The notes: a model not told the origin generated them from the sequence alone. A DNA stretch of 64,000 nt from an uncultured delta proteobacterium (GCA_963803435.1 CAWDML010000003.1:224001-288000), one strand, 5' to 3'. Positions 43,526-55,927 are shown, counted from the stretch's first letter. A program made the numbers and translations.

Positions 43526-44857
43526 ATGGCCGAGCTCAAGCGGACCCTGGGGCCCGTGATGCTGTGGGGCCTCGGCGTCGGCTACGTGATCAGCGGCGAG
43601 TACTTCGGCTGGAACCTGGGGCTCCCCAAGGGCGGCACCTACGGGATGCTGGTGGCGACCGCGGTCATCACCGCGATGTACGTCGCCTTCATCCTCTCGT
43701 ACACGGAGCTCGCCTGCGCGCTGCCCCGGGCCGGCGGCGTGTTCGTCTACGCCGATCGCGCGCTCGGACCCTATCCGGGATTCCTGGCCGGCCTGGTGCA
43801 GATCGTGGAGTTCGTGTTCGCGCCCCCGGCGATCGCGATGGCGATCGCGGCCTACGTGCAGCAGCGGTTCGGACAGATCCCCCGCGAGGCCATCGCGATC
43901 GGCGCGTATCTGATCTTCACCGGGATCAACGTCTGGGGCGTGCGGCAAGCGGCTACCTTCGAGCTGGTGGTGACCGTCCTGGCCGTCGCCGAGCTCTGCG
44001 TGTTCATGGCGGTGGTGGCGCCTCACTTCGAGGTGTCGAACCTGACCATCGATCCGCTGCCGAACGGGTGGAGCGGCGTGCTCGCGGCGCTGCCGTTCGC
44101 GATCTGGTTTTATCTCGCGATCGAGGGGGTCGCGAACGCGGCCGAGGAGGCCACGAATCCGCAGCGAAGCGTGGCGATCGGCTTTACCGCCGCCATCGCT
44201 ACGCTCGTGATCCTCGCGATCGGCGTGTTCATGCTCGCCGTCGGTGTGGACGGATGGCGGACGATCGTTTACCCGCCCGGTTCGCTGGAGACCAGCGACG
44301 CACCTCTGCCCCTCGCGCTGGCGCACGTCGTCACGCCCGACAGCATGCTCTACACGATGCTGCTCGGCATCGGGTTGCTCGGTCTGGTCGCCTCGTTTCA
44401 CGGGATCATCCTGGCGGCCGGGCGCGCCACCATGGAGCTGGGGCGGGCCCGCTTGCTGCCCCCGATCCTCGGCGCGGTCCACGCCCGAACCCGCACGCCG
44501 GTCGTCGCGTTGGGGGTCAATCTGGTCGCCGGGATCGTCGCGATCCTCACGGGACGCACCGATGAGATCATCACGCTGTCGTGCTTCGGCGCGCTCTCGC
44601 TCTACGTGATCTCGATGATCGCGCTCTTCGTTCTGCGCAGGAAGGAACCCGAGCTAGCGCGTCCGTTCCGCGCGATCGCCTATCCCGTATTTCCGCTCGT
44701 AGCCCTGGTTATCGCAGCGATCTCGCTGATCGCGCTGATCGTGTTCAACCCGATGATCACGGTGATCTTCTTCGCGATCTTGGCCGTCGGATCAATCTAC
44801 TACTTCGCGATCGCAAGGCGTCTTGCAGCGCGCGATCGGGCATCGAACGACGCGTAG
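43526..44857 (+). CDS. eat: Ethanolamine permease (APC family)
   Basis: LWGLGVGYVISGEYFGWNLGL, EFVFAPPAIA, PFAIWFYLAIEGVA, GLVASFHGII. Confidence 0.88.
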   Translation: MAELKRTLGPVMLWGLGVGYVISGEYFGWNLGLPKGGTYGMLVATAVITAMYVAFILSYTELACALPRAGGVFVYADRALGPYPGFLAGLVQIVEFVFAPPAIAMAIAAYVQQRFGQIPREAIAIGAYLIFTGINVWGVRQAATFELVVTVLAVAELCVFMAVVAPHFEVSNLTIDPLPNGWSGVLAALPFAIWFYLAIEGVANAAEEATNPQRSVAIGFTAAIATLVILAIGVFMLAVGVDGWRTIVYPPGSLETSDAPLPLALAHVVTPDSMLYTMLLGIGLLGLVASFHGIILAAGRATMELGRARLLPPILGAVHARTRTPVVALGVNLVAGIVAILTGRTDEIITLSCFGALSLYVISMIALFVLRRKEPELARPFRAIAYPVFPLVALVIAAISLIALIVFNPMITVIFFAILAVGSIYYFAIARRLAARDRASNDA

Positions 44858-44861
44858 GATC

Positions 44862-44901
44862 AAAAAGCAAAAGCCCCACTCAGCTCTCGCCGAGTGGGGC
44901 T
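44862..44901 (-). terminator. Rho-independent terminator, minus strand
   Basis: AGCCCCACTC-N10-GAGTGGGGCT hairpin followed on the minus strand by TTTGCTTTTT. Confidence 0.8.
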
Positions 44902-44936
44902 CAATATGCTCGAGCCATCCGAATGAACTTCGGGTG
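44862..44936 (-). ncRNA. Candidate ~75-nt small RNA
   Basis: Minus-strand TTTCCT-N17-TAGATT promoter (44942-44970), 5' hairpin CACCCGAA/TTCGGATG, then the terminator; no ORF. Confidence 0.4.
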
Positions 44937-44979
44937 TGACCAATCTACCCGAAAACCGCTCGGAAGGAAAACTCGGCGA

Positions 44980-45552
44980 TCAGGCTCTCCACGAGACCTT
45001 GTCCTCGATGGGCCCGCGCTCGCCGTCCGGCCACGCGATCGCCGGCCATCCCACGTAAAAGAAGCCGAGACATCGGGCCGGCGGAACGAGGTCGAGGAAC
45101 TCGGCGACCCGCGGATGAAACGCCTTCTCACCCGACGACCAGAAGGCCGCCAGGCCCAGCGCGCGTGCCGCCAAATGCATGTTCTGCACAGCAATTGCCG
45201 TTGATGCGATCTCCTCGTGGGGCACGATCTTCGGGTTGGGATCGGGCTGACACACGATCGCGATGACGACCGGAGCGTTCGTCATTTTGAACAGCAGCTT
45301 CTGCCGCCGCGGATCGTCGTCCGGCAAGCGCGCCTGACCCGGCTCGCACATCGTGCTCGACACGGCCTCCGCCAGCCCGCGGCGCGCGTCGCCGGTGAAC
45401 ACGACGAAGCGCCACGGTTCGGTATGACCGTGCGACGGCGCCCAGTTCGCGGCGCGAAGAAGTCGCTCGAGCAAGGGGCGCTCGACCGCGTCCGGCTTCA
45501 TGTGCTCGGGTTTGATCGACCTTCGTTTTTCGATGGCGTCGAACACGTCCAT
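44980..45552 (-). CDS. Nitroreductase family protein (YdjA-like)
   Basis: RRSIK, AANWAPSHGHTEPWRF, AVQNMHLAARALGLAAFWSSG. Confidence 0.9.
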   Translation of the reverse strand: MDVFDAIEKRRSIKPEHMKPDAVERPLLERLLRAANWAPSHGHTEPWRFVVFTGDARRGLAEAVSSTMCEPGQARLPDDDPRRQKLLFKMTNAPVVIAIVCQPDPNPKIVPHEEIASTAIAVQNMHLAARALGLAAFWSSGEKAFHPRVAEFLDLVPPARCLGFFYVGWPAIAWPDGERGPIEDKVSWRA

Positions 45553-45653
45553 GCGCGGCGGAGATTAGCATCGCTGCGTTTTTCTCTTGCCAGGGTGGGG
45601 CAACCTGCTCATACCTGTGCTTGCGGAAACCCTTCTTGCCGGCAGTGGCCGGT

Positions 45654-45690
45654 AAAGAGGTGGGGGCCTCTGGCACCCACCTTTTTTTTT
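45654..45690 (+). terminator. rimP leader intrinsic terminator (attenuator)
   Basis: AGGTGGG...CCCACCT followed by a T run, just upstream of rimP; leader terminators are typical of rimP-nusA operons. Confidence 0.75.
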
Positions 45691-45721
45691 CGGGGAGGCC
45701 GACCGCGGAGGAAGACGAAAG

Positions 45722-46234
45722 GTGAGCCAGCTGAGCCAGGCGAAGAGGGTCGTCGAGCGCGCCAAAACGCTCGCTGAGCCGGTCGTCGAGCGCGAGGGCT
45801 ACGAGCTCGTCGACGTGGAGCTCGGCACGGATCACGGCCGCGCGATCCTGCGCCTGTACATCGACGCGCTCGGCGCCGAGGCGACCAGCGCAGTGACCGT
45901 CGAAGACTGCTCCCACGTTTCTCGGATTGTGGGTGACCTCTTGGACGTCGAAGAGGTGATGGAGGGCGCATTCAACCTGGAGGTCTCGTCGCCGGGCCTG
46001 TTCCGGCCGCTCACCAAGCCGGCGCACTTCGACCGCGCCGTGGGTGAGCGGGTGAAGGTGAAGACCTTCGAAAAGCACGAAGATCGCCGCGTGTTCACGG
46101 GCGTGCTGCGCGCCCATGAGGACGGGCATTTGGTGGTGGACGTCGGCGGGCGCGAGTACCGCTTGAGCTTGAAGGAAATCGCGAAGGCGAACCTCGAGCC
46201 CGATCTGGAGATCGGCGGCGGCCGCGCCTCTTAG
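45722..46234 (+). CDS. rimP: Ribosome maturation factor RimP
   Basis: LRLYID, TVEDCSHVS, LEVSSPGLFRPL, IAKANL. Confidence 0.96.
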   Translation: MSQLSQAKRVVERAKTLAEPVVEREGYELVDVELGTDHGRAILRLYIDALGAEATSAVTVEDCSHVSRIVGDLLDVEEVMEGAFNLEVSSPGLFRPLTKPAHFDRAVGERVKVKTFEKHEDRRVFTGVLRAHEDGHLVVDVGGREYRLSLKEIAKANLEPDLEIGGGRAS

Positions 46235-46258
46235 GCGAGAAGGACGGAGCGAGAAGAG

Positions 46259-47903
46259 ATGGAAGGCGAGAACCTCAGCGAGATCATGGACCAGGTCGCC
46301 AAGGACAAGGGCATCTCGAAGGATATCCTGGTCGAGGCGCTCGAAGCGGCGATGCTCACGGCTGCCCGCAAGGTGTTCGGTCTGGAGAAGGATTCTCGAG
46401 GCCCACTTCGACGAGGACAGCGGCGACGTCGAGATCCACCAGTGGCGGACCGTCGTCGACGGCATCCAGAACCCGGAGCTCGAGATCTCCATCGAGGAGG
46501 CGCGGTCCGGGCTCGATCCCGACTGCGAGGTCGGTGACTCCCTCGGCGAGAAGATCGAGCGGGCCGAGCTGGGCCGCATCGCGGCGCAGACCGCCAAGCA
46601 GGTGATCATCCAGCGCGTCCGCGAGGCGGAGCGCGAGAACGTCTACAACGAGTATGAGGATCGCAAGGAGGAGCTGGTCACCGGCGTGGTGCGGCGCTTC
46701 GAGCGCGGCAACATCATCGTGGACCTCGGCCGGGCCGAGGCGGTCCTGCCGGTCCGCGAGCAGTGCCCCCGGGAGACCTACCGGGTGAACGACCGGATCC
46801 AGGCCTACGTGGTGGATGTCAACAAGCAGGCCCGCGGCGCCCAGATCGTCCTCTCCCGGACGCACCCCGGCCTCCTGATCAAGCTCTTCGAGATGGAAGT
46901 CCCCGAGATCTACGAGGGGATCGTCAAGATCGAGGCGGCGGCCCGGGAACCCGGGGCCCGCTCCAAGATCGCCGTGAGCTCCTCGGATCGGGACGTGGAC
47001 CCCGTCGGCGCCTGCGTCGGCATGAAAGGGTCCCGCGTCCAGGCGGTCGTTCAGGAGCTTCGCGGCGAGAAGGTTGACATCGTCCCGTACGACGAGGATA
47101 CGGCCCGCTTCGTGTGTAACGCGCTCGCTCCGGCGGAGGTGTCCAGGGTCCTGGTCGACGAGTCGAACCACGCCATGGAGATCATCGTGCCCGACGATCA
47201 GCTCTCACTCGCGATCGGGCGGCGCGGACAGAACGTGCGGCTCGCCTCCCAGCTGACCGGCTGGCGGCTCGACATCGTGTCCGAGTCGAAGGTGAAGGAG
47301 ATCAAGGATAGGGCGTTCAAGTCGCTCGGCCGGCTCACCGGTGTGAACGACATCCACATGCAGACGCTCTACAACTACGGGATCCGCTGCGCGCAGGACA
47401 TTCTCAACACGGACGAGGCCTTCCTCGGGAGCATCCCCGGGATCGGGGCCGACATGGCGGGCCGCCTGAAGAAGGACTCGCTGCGGGTCGTCGAAGAGGA
47501 GCGCCTGGAGGCGCGCGAGCTCAAGAAGGAAGAGGAGCTCAAGGCCCGCATGGAGGCGAAGCAGATGTTCGAGGAGCTCGAGCGTCGCTCGCACCGCTTG
47601 CCCGAGTACGAACGCCTGATCCGGGTGAAGGGTGTGGGGCCCGAGCTGGCGGGCAACCTGGAGGTCGCGGGCATCCTCGCGGTCGAGGAGCTCGCCGAGA
47701 TCACCGAGCTCCGCGCGTTCGCCGAGAAGGCGCAGATTCCGGCGGAGAAGCTCGATCAGCTCCGCCACGCGGCCGAGGTCTACCTCGAGCGCGAAGCAAA
47801 GGGCGGCGAGATCGCGCCGTCGAGCTCCGACGCCGGGCCGGAAGATGGCTATCAGCCCTCACGGCTTCTCGAAGCCGGTGTGGAGCAGGAGGCGCCGGCA
47901 TAA
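46259..47903 (+). CDS. nusA: Transcription termination/antitermination factor NusA (frameshift at 46391-46395)
   Basis: N-domain (KDKGISK, ALEAAML); after repair [45 protein letters not shown]; extended HhH-like C-terminus. Confidence 0.95.
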
Positions 47904-47906
47904 CCG

Positions 47907-48515
47907 ATGCTAGCAGTGCGAACAGAAGAGCGGGGCCCGGAGCGCCAGTGTGCGCTGACGCGGGCTCGCGCCCCGAAGGAGGCGCTCCTTCGGCTGGCGC
48001 TGGGACCGGACGGCAAGCCGTTCGTGGATTTGCTCGCCCGCGCGCCGGGTCGCGGCGTGTACGTCGCGCCCCAGAATCTCCGGAAGGCGCTCGAGCCCAA
48101 GGGGCTCAAGCAGGTCTTCAAGGGACAGGCGACGAAGCTCTCCGAAGAGGAGATTGGGACGACGGTGGTGGGAACGGTCCATCGTCTCGAGTCGCGGATC
48201 GTCGAGCTGATCGGGCTCGCTCGCAGGGCGGGCGTGCTCGAGCTCGGGATTGAATCCGTTCTGAGGTCGCTCGAAGGAGGTCGGGTCGCCACCATCGTGG
48301 TGGCGCTCGATGCGAGCGATCGGACCGTTCGAAGGGTCGAGACCTCCGTGGGTCTCGCGACCCTGGTTCGAGCGTCGACCAAGGAGGAGCTCGGTCGTCA
48401 GCTCGGACGGGACGAGGTCGGGGTGGTGGCGATCGATCCCTCGAAGCTCGCGGACCGAATCTCGGTCGAGTCCCTGCGGCTCGCCGGGCTGACCTCGTCG
48501 AGGGCTGAAGGCTGA
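47907..48515 (+). CDS. YlxR (DUF448) fused to L7Ae/YlxQ-like domain
   Basis: PERQCALTR, PGRGVYV, then LIGLARRAG, ALDAS, TKEELGRQLG. Confidence 0.85.
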   Translation: MLAVRTEERGPERQCALTRARAPKEALLRLALGPDGKPFVDLLARAPGRGVYVAPQNLRKALEPKGLKQVFKGQATKLSEEEIGTTVVGTVHRLESRIVELIGLARRAGVLELGIESVLRSLEGGRVATIVVALDASDRTVRRVETSVGLATLVRASTKEELGRQLGRDEVGVVAIDPSKLADRISVESLRLAGLTSSRAEG

Positions 48516-48516
48516 T

Positions 48517-51424
48517 ATGGGCAAGAAGCGAATTTTCGAGTTAGCGCGAGAGCTCGGCTATCAGAACAATCGTGATTCTGATCGAGAAGCTCCAGAAGCT
48601 CGGGTTCGAGGTGAAGTCGCACTCGTCGACGGTCGACGAGGACACGGTCCGCAAGGCCCTCAAGAAGGCCGACGACGAGAAGCGGGCCGGCACCGACGAG
48701 CGTCGCATCAGCCGAAAGGTGCTGCGGCGCCGCCCGAAGGACGGCGAGCCGGCGCCGGTGGCCACGGCCAAGCCCGAGCGGGTCGCTCGGGTGGCGCGCC
48801 GGCCGGCGGCGGAGCCCAAGGTCGAGGAGCCGGCCGTGCTGCCGGCCGAGGCGGACCTCGAGGAGGCCATCACCGAGATCGGTGTCCCCGACATCGTCGC
48901 CGAGGCCCACGAGGGCGAAGAATCGGCGCTTCCGGTGTCCACCGAGGACGTCCTCGAGGAGATGCCGCTCGAGGTCGCAGGTGAGGCGGAGCCGTCCGCA
49001 GAGCTTGCCGAGCCCAAGGAGGGCGACGAAACCGGCGAAGAGCTGGACGAAGAGCCCAAGAAGGAACGTCGTGAGGCCCGCATGGCCCGCCCGGATCGCA
49101 AGCGGGAAGAGGTCTACGACGAAGACGACGAGAAGCCGGATGTCACCGACATGAGCATTTCCGAGTTCGACTTCGCTGCGAAAGCGGAGGAGAAGGACAA
49201 CACCCGCGTGGCGCCACCCCCTCCATCTTCCAACGTGAAGACCAAGGCCGAAGAAGAGCCGAAGACCAAGATCGTTCGCCAGATCGATCCGAACGTCCTC
49301 AAGGCGCGGCTCAAGGCGTCCAAGCGCCCCGAGCCTCCGAAGGAGTGGGGACGTCAGACGACGCCCGTCGAGATGGCCGCAGCCCCGTTCAAGGAGCTCG
49401 AGGTCCGGACCGATGCCTCCGGCAAGCGCAAGGAGCTCGTGGACGTCCGCAAGGAAGCGGCGCGCGGCAAGCGGGCCGGCGCCCGCCGTCGCGAGGAGAT
49501 GTCGGCGAAGGATCTCCTCGAGCACCGGCGCGGGCAGGTGTACTACCCTGCGCCCAACCGGAAGCGGATCAAGGGCAAGAAGGGCGCCGGAAAGAGGCCG
49601 GACATGCAGCCGCAGGTGAAGAAGCCGATCCAGATCGGCGACACGATCACGCCGGCAGACCTCTCGCAGCAGATGAGCATCAAAGCCTCGGAGATCATCT
49701 CCTGGCTGATGCGGAACGGCATCATGACCAACATCAACCAGCCGATGGATCACGACACGGCGGTGATGGTGTGCGAACAGTTCGAGTTTGAAGTCGAGTC
49801 GAAGACCTTCGAAGAGGAGGAGATGCTCGAGGGACGGAGCTTCGAAGAGGTGAAGAAGGCGCAGGACGAGAACGCGAAACCGCGGGCGCCGGTCGTCACG
49901 GTCATGGGCCACGTCGACCACGGCAAGACCTCGCTCCTCGACCGCATCCGCCACACGAACGTGGCGGGCGGCGAGGCCGGCGGGATCACCCAGCGGATCG
50001 CCGGCTACAAGGTGACGACCGCGAAGGGCGACGTCACCTTCCTCGATACGCCCGGCCACGCGGCGTTCACGGCGATGCGGGCTCGCGGCGCCAAGACCAC
50101 GGACATCGTGGTGCTGGTGGTGGCGGCCGACGACGGCGTGATGCCCCAGACCCGGGAGGCGATCGACCACGCCAAGGCGGCCCACGTGCCGATCATCGTG
50201 GCGGTCAACAAGATCGACAAACCCGACGCGAACCCGGACCGGGTGCTCCAGCAGCTCGCCGATCTCGACCTCCTGGTGGAGGAGTGGGGCGGCGGGACGC
50301 TGTCCCGCAAGATCTCGGCGAAGACGGGCGAGGGCGTGGACGAGCTGCTCGAGCAGATCGCGCTCCAGGCGGAGATCATGGAGCTGCGCGCCAACTCGGA
50401 CGCGCCGGCGGTCGGTGCCGTCATCGAGGGTCACGTCCACAAGGGGCGCGGCCCGGTGGCCACCGTCTTGGTGCAGGAAGGCACGCTCCGGGTCGGCGAC
50501 ATCGTGGTGGTGGGCGAGAACATCGGCAAGGTGCGCGCGCTGATGACCGACGGCGGCGTCAAGGTGGACGAGGCGGGGCCCTCCACCCCGGTCGAGATCC
50601 TCGGCCTGGACGGCGTGCCCAGCCCCGGCGACGAGCTGCGCGTGGCGCCCGAGCTGGACAAGGCGCGGGAGCTGGCGGCGCATCGCATCGAGAAGCGGCG
50701 CTCGCACGAGCTGGCGGGTCAGGCGTCGGTCTCGCTCCAGGATCTGTTCAACCGGATCAAGGAAGGCGAGCAGAAGGAGCTCAAGATCGTCATCAAGGCC
50801 GACCTGCAGGGCTCGGTCGAGGCGCTCCGCGACGCGCTGATGGGGCTCTCGACCAAGAAGGTCCGCGTCAACGTGATCAGCGGTGGGGTCGGCGGCGTGG
50901 TCGAGTCGGACGTCGAGTTTGCGAAGGCGTCGGACGCGATCATCATCGGGTTCGCGGTTCGTCCCGACACGAACGCCCTCAAGGCGGCCCGGGCCATGGA
51001 TGTGGACATCCGCAGCTACAACATCATCTACGAGGCCGTGGATGAGGTTCGGCTGGCCATGCAGGGGCTCCTGGCGCCGGTGCGCAAGGAGAAGTACCTG
51101 GGCCGCGCCGAGGTGCGGGCGACGTTCACCGTCCCGAAGGTCGGCACGGTCGCAGGCTGCGCCGTGGTCGACGGCATCGTGACGCGCGCCGCCAACATCC
51201 GGCTGCTGCGGGACAGCAAGACCATCTACGAGGGTCGCCTCTCCAGCCTGAAGCGCTTCAAGGACGACGTCCGCGAGGTGAAGGAAGGCTTCGAGTGCGG
51301 CATGGGCATCGACAAGTTCAACGACATCAAGGTCGGGGACATCTTCGAGGCCTACGAGATCGTGGAGACGGCCGCGGTGCTCGAGGAGCCCACGGAGCGC
51401 GGCGGCGCCGAGGCGCGGCCGTAG
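48517..51424 (+). CDS. infB: Translation initiation factor IF-2 (frameshift at 48574-48578)
   Basis: [14 protein letters not shown]-domain joins ...[12 protein letters not shown] after repair; [27 protein letters not shown]. Confidence 0.97.
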
Positions 51425-51427
51425 CGC

Positions 51428-51721
51428 GTGGTCGTCGGCGTCCTGAAGATCAAGCTCCGCCTGCCCGGCGTCACCTCGCTCAAGGAGAAGCGCGGGGTGG
51501 TGAAGAGCCTGGTCGAGAAGACGCGGCACCGCTTCAACGCCTCGGTCGCAGAGGTGGGGAAGAACGACGATCACCTCACCTCGGAGGTCGGCATCACCGT
51601 GGTCGGCAACGACCAGAGCTTCGTCAACTCGATGCTCGACAAGATCCTCGACGCCTTCGAGGAGAGCGCGCTCGGCCGGGCGGACGTCGTCGATACCGAG
51701 CTCGAGCTGGTTCAGTACTGA
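51428..51721 (+). CDS. DUF503 (YlxP) protein
   Basis: SLKEKRGVVKSL, RFNASVAEV; conserved position between infB and rbfA. Confidence 0.9.
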   Translation: MVVGVLKIKLRLPGVTSLKEKRGVVKSLVEKTRHRFNASVAEVGKNDDHLTSEVGITVVGNDQSFVNSMLDKILDAFEESALGRADVVDTELELVQY

Positions 51722-51729
51722 GAGCAGTG

Positions 51730-52110
51730 ATGGCACGGAAGAAGCGGAGCGCGGGAGGCGCGCGGCCGATCAAGGTCGGTGAGCAGGTGCGCCAGGCCCT
51801 CGCGGAGATGCTCCGCGAAGGCGTGTTCAAGGATCCGCGGCTGGAGACGGCGTCGCTCGTCACGATCACCGAGGTGAAGATGACGCCGGAGCTCAAGCTG
51901 GGACGGGTCTACGTCTCCGTGTACGGCGCAGATGACGCGGGCGCGGTGATCGAGGGCTTGAACTCGGCGGCGAAGACGGCGCAGCGGGAGATCGGCGCGC
52001 GGCTGAAGCTGCGCCATACGCCCAAGCTGGAGTTTGCGCGCGACGACAGCATCGCGTACGGGGCCAAGATCGAGGCGCTGCTCCAGGACATCCACCGTGA
52101 AGACGAGTAG
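51730..52110 (+). CDS. rbfA: Ribosome-binding factor A
   Basis: KDPRL, VTITEVKMTPEL, LRHTPKLEFARD. Confidence 0.93.
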   Translation: MARKKRSAGGARPIKVGEQVRQALAEMLREGVFKDPRLETASLVTITEVKMTPELKLGRVYVSVYGADDAGAVIEGLNSAAKTAQREIGARLKLRHTPKLEFARDDSIAYGAKIEALLQDIHREDE

Positions 52111-53029
52111 CACCGGGGTGCTGCTGGTGGACAAGCCGCAGGGGCTGTCGAGCCACGCGGTGGTCCAGAAGGTGCGGCGCGCGTTCGGCCAGCGCGAGGT
52201 CGGCCACACCGGGACGCTCGATCCGATGGCGACGGGGTTGATGGTGGTGCTCCTCGGGCGTGCCACCCGAGTCGCCCGCTTCGTGGAGGCGACCGAGAAG
52301 GCGTACGAGGGCACGGTGGCGCTCGGGTCGGCGACGACTACGTTCGACGCGGAGGGCGAGACGACGGAGACGTCGGAGGTGCCGGCGCTCGACCGGGGGG
52401 CGATCGAGCGGGCGCTCGCAGGTCTGGTGGGCGAGATCGAGCAGGAGGTGCCGATCTTCTCGGCGGTGAAGGTGGACGGAGAGCGTCTCTACCGAAAGGC
52501 CCGGCGCGGAGAGGCGGTGGAGGCGCCACGGCGGGTGGTCACGGTCTACGCGCTGGAGGCGGCCCGGATCGCGCTGCCGGAGATCGACGTCTTCGTCCGC
52601 TGCTCCAAGGGCACCTACGTGCGGACGCTCGCGGTTCAGATCGGTCGGGCGGTGGGGCTGCCGGCGCACCTGTCGCGGCTCCGCCGGACGCGGGTCGGCG
52701 CGTTCGCGGTGGCCGACGCGATCCCGGTGGACCGGCTGACCGGGGGGCCCGAAGAGCTGCTGCCGCTGACCGCGGCGGTGGCGCACCTGCCGCAGCTCGA
52801 GGTCGACGCCCAGGCGGCTGAGGACGTCCGACACGGCCGCCCCCTGTCGGTCCGGGAGGTGGGGCCCCTCATCGACGCCCTCGGGCTGGTCCGGGGGGCT
52901 CCGCTGGCCCTGGTGCGTCGAGGCGATCTGTTGGCGGTGGCGGAGGCGCGGATCGGCGCGCCGGAGCTGGCCGGGGCGGCCCACTCGGACCGAGCGGTCG
53001 GTTATGCGTGCGTGCTCGTGTCCCGTTGA
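52097..53029 (+). CDS. truB: tRNA pseudouridine(55) synthase
   Basis: DKPQGLSSH, GHTGTLDPMATG, CSKGTYVRTL, LRRTRVG. Confidence 0.96.
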   Translation: MKTSSTGVLLVDKPQGLSSHAVVQKVRRAFGQREVGHTGTLDPMATGLMVVLLGRATRVARFVEATEKAYEGTVALGSATTTFDAEGETTETSEVPALDRGAIERALAGLVGEIEQEVPIFSAVKVDGERLYRKARRGEAVEAPRRVVTVYALEAARIALPEIDVFVRCSKGTYVRTLAVQIGRAVGLPAHLSRLRRTRVGAFAVADAIPVDRLTGGPEELLPLTAAVAHLPQLEVDAQAAEDVRHGRPLSVREVGPLIDALGLVRGAPLALVRRGDLLAVAEARIGAPELAGAAHSDRAVGYACVLVSR

Positions 53030-53054
53030 CAGGTCACTCCGGCACACCTATGGT
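53026..53054 (+). promoter_or_regulatory. sigma70 promoter for rpsO-pnp
   Basis: TTGACA-N17-TATGGT. Confidence 0.75.
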
Positions 53055-53093
53055 CCGCCAAATTTAAGAAAAGGGTACGGGTAAAGGAAAACT

Positions 53094-53363
53094 ATGCCTC
53101 TTCTTCAGGCACGCAAGGCCGAAATCGTTCAGAAATTCGCGACCAAACCAGGGGATACCGGGAGTGCGGAGGTCCAGATCGCGCTCCTCTCGGAGCGGAT
53201 CAACACGCTCCAAGAGCACTTTCAGGTCCATGCCCATGATCATCACAGCCGCCGTGGGCTGCTCAAGATGGTCGGTCGGCGACGCCGTCTCCTCGACTAT
53301 TTGCGGTCGAAGAGCGAGGCACGGTACCGCACCATCATCGAGGAGCTGGGGCTACGTAAGTAG
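53094..53363 (+). CDS. rpsO: 30S ribosomal protein S15
   Basis: [29 protein letters not shown]. Confidence 0.98.
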   Translation: MPLLQARKAEIVQKFATKPGDTGSAEVQIALLSERINTLQEHFQVHAHDHHSRRGLLKMVGRRRRLLDYLRSKSEARYRTIIEELGLRK

Positions 53364-53491
53364 CTAGAATCGCTCGGTGTTCATTGCGTGCGACCGCGCC
53401 CGGCGGTTTGGCGGAAGACAGGCTAGACCTTCAGAGCCGGATGGTCGATGATGCCCTCGGCTCCGTCAACGAGCCTCCGCGCGTTGGTTGG

Positions 53492-53589
53492 TCGAGCAAT
53501 GGGCTGAGTGGTTAACGAGAGTATTTAGCGTCTTCAGACGAGCCATCCGAACCGCTTTTGCTTCTTTCTCCGCTCAGCTCATTGCTCGA
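53492..53589 (+). promoter_or_regulatory. Long stem-loop in the pnp leader (probable RNase III site)
   Basis: 53492-53511 pairs with 53570-53589 (20 bp, two G-U pairs) around a 58-nt loop; analogous to the RNase III stem of the E. coli pnp leader. Confidence 0.7.
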
Positions 53590-53666
53590 TCTACCGACCG
53601 CGGACCCCGCGGATCCCGCTTTGAACCTTCGAGCGTCTCCTCCTGCTCAGGAAAGGGATCTCTCAA

Positions 53667-55775
<2,109 letters not shown>

Positions 55776-55804
55776 CTAATTAGGACCGGTTCTTAGTCGT
55801 CGAG

Positions 55805-55927
55805 GTCACGGATCGGTCACGGAAGACGGAACACGGGTTCCGACTCTCGGAGCACGAGCTGGACGGGATGCCCTCGTCCTTGGTCGAACCGTTCTTTCGA
55901 TCCGTGACGGTGACGCTGACCGTGACC
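55805..55927. repeat. Imperfect inverted repeat built of GTCACGG/CCGTGAC units between convergent genes
   Basis: GTCACGGATCG (55805-55815) and CGATCCGTGAC (55898-55908), plus extra units. Confidence 0.55.

Noticed and set aside
39845-44482. Very long antisense ORFs (also 48398-51736, 60547-63603, 10433-12796, 19318-21690, 36374-38932)
   Set aside because: Shadow frames of real high-GC genes on the opposite strand; no motifs and Arg/Ala/Gly-biased composition
43526-44857. eat directly after ileS as a functional link
   Set aside because: Only adjacency supports it; no eutBC or other mechanistic clue in the window
46259-51424. nusA and infB as pseudogenes or programmed frameshift genes
   Set aside because: Essential genes, otherwise intact; no slippery sequence; same lesion in eight unrelated genes; other GATTC sites (for example in pnp KIPG and in 3942-4430) are read in frame
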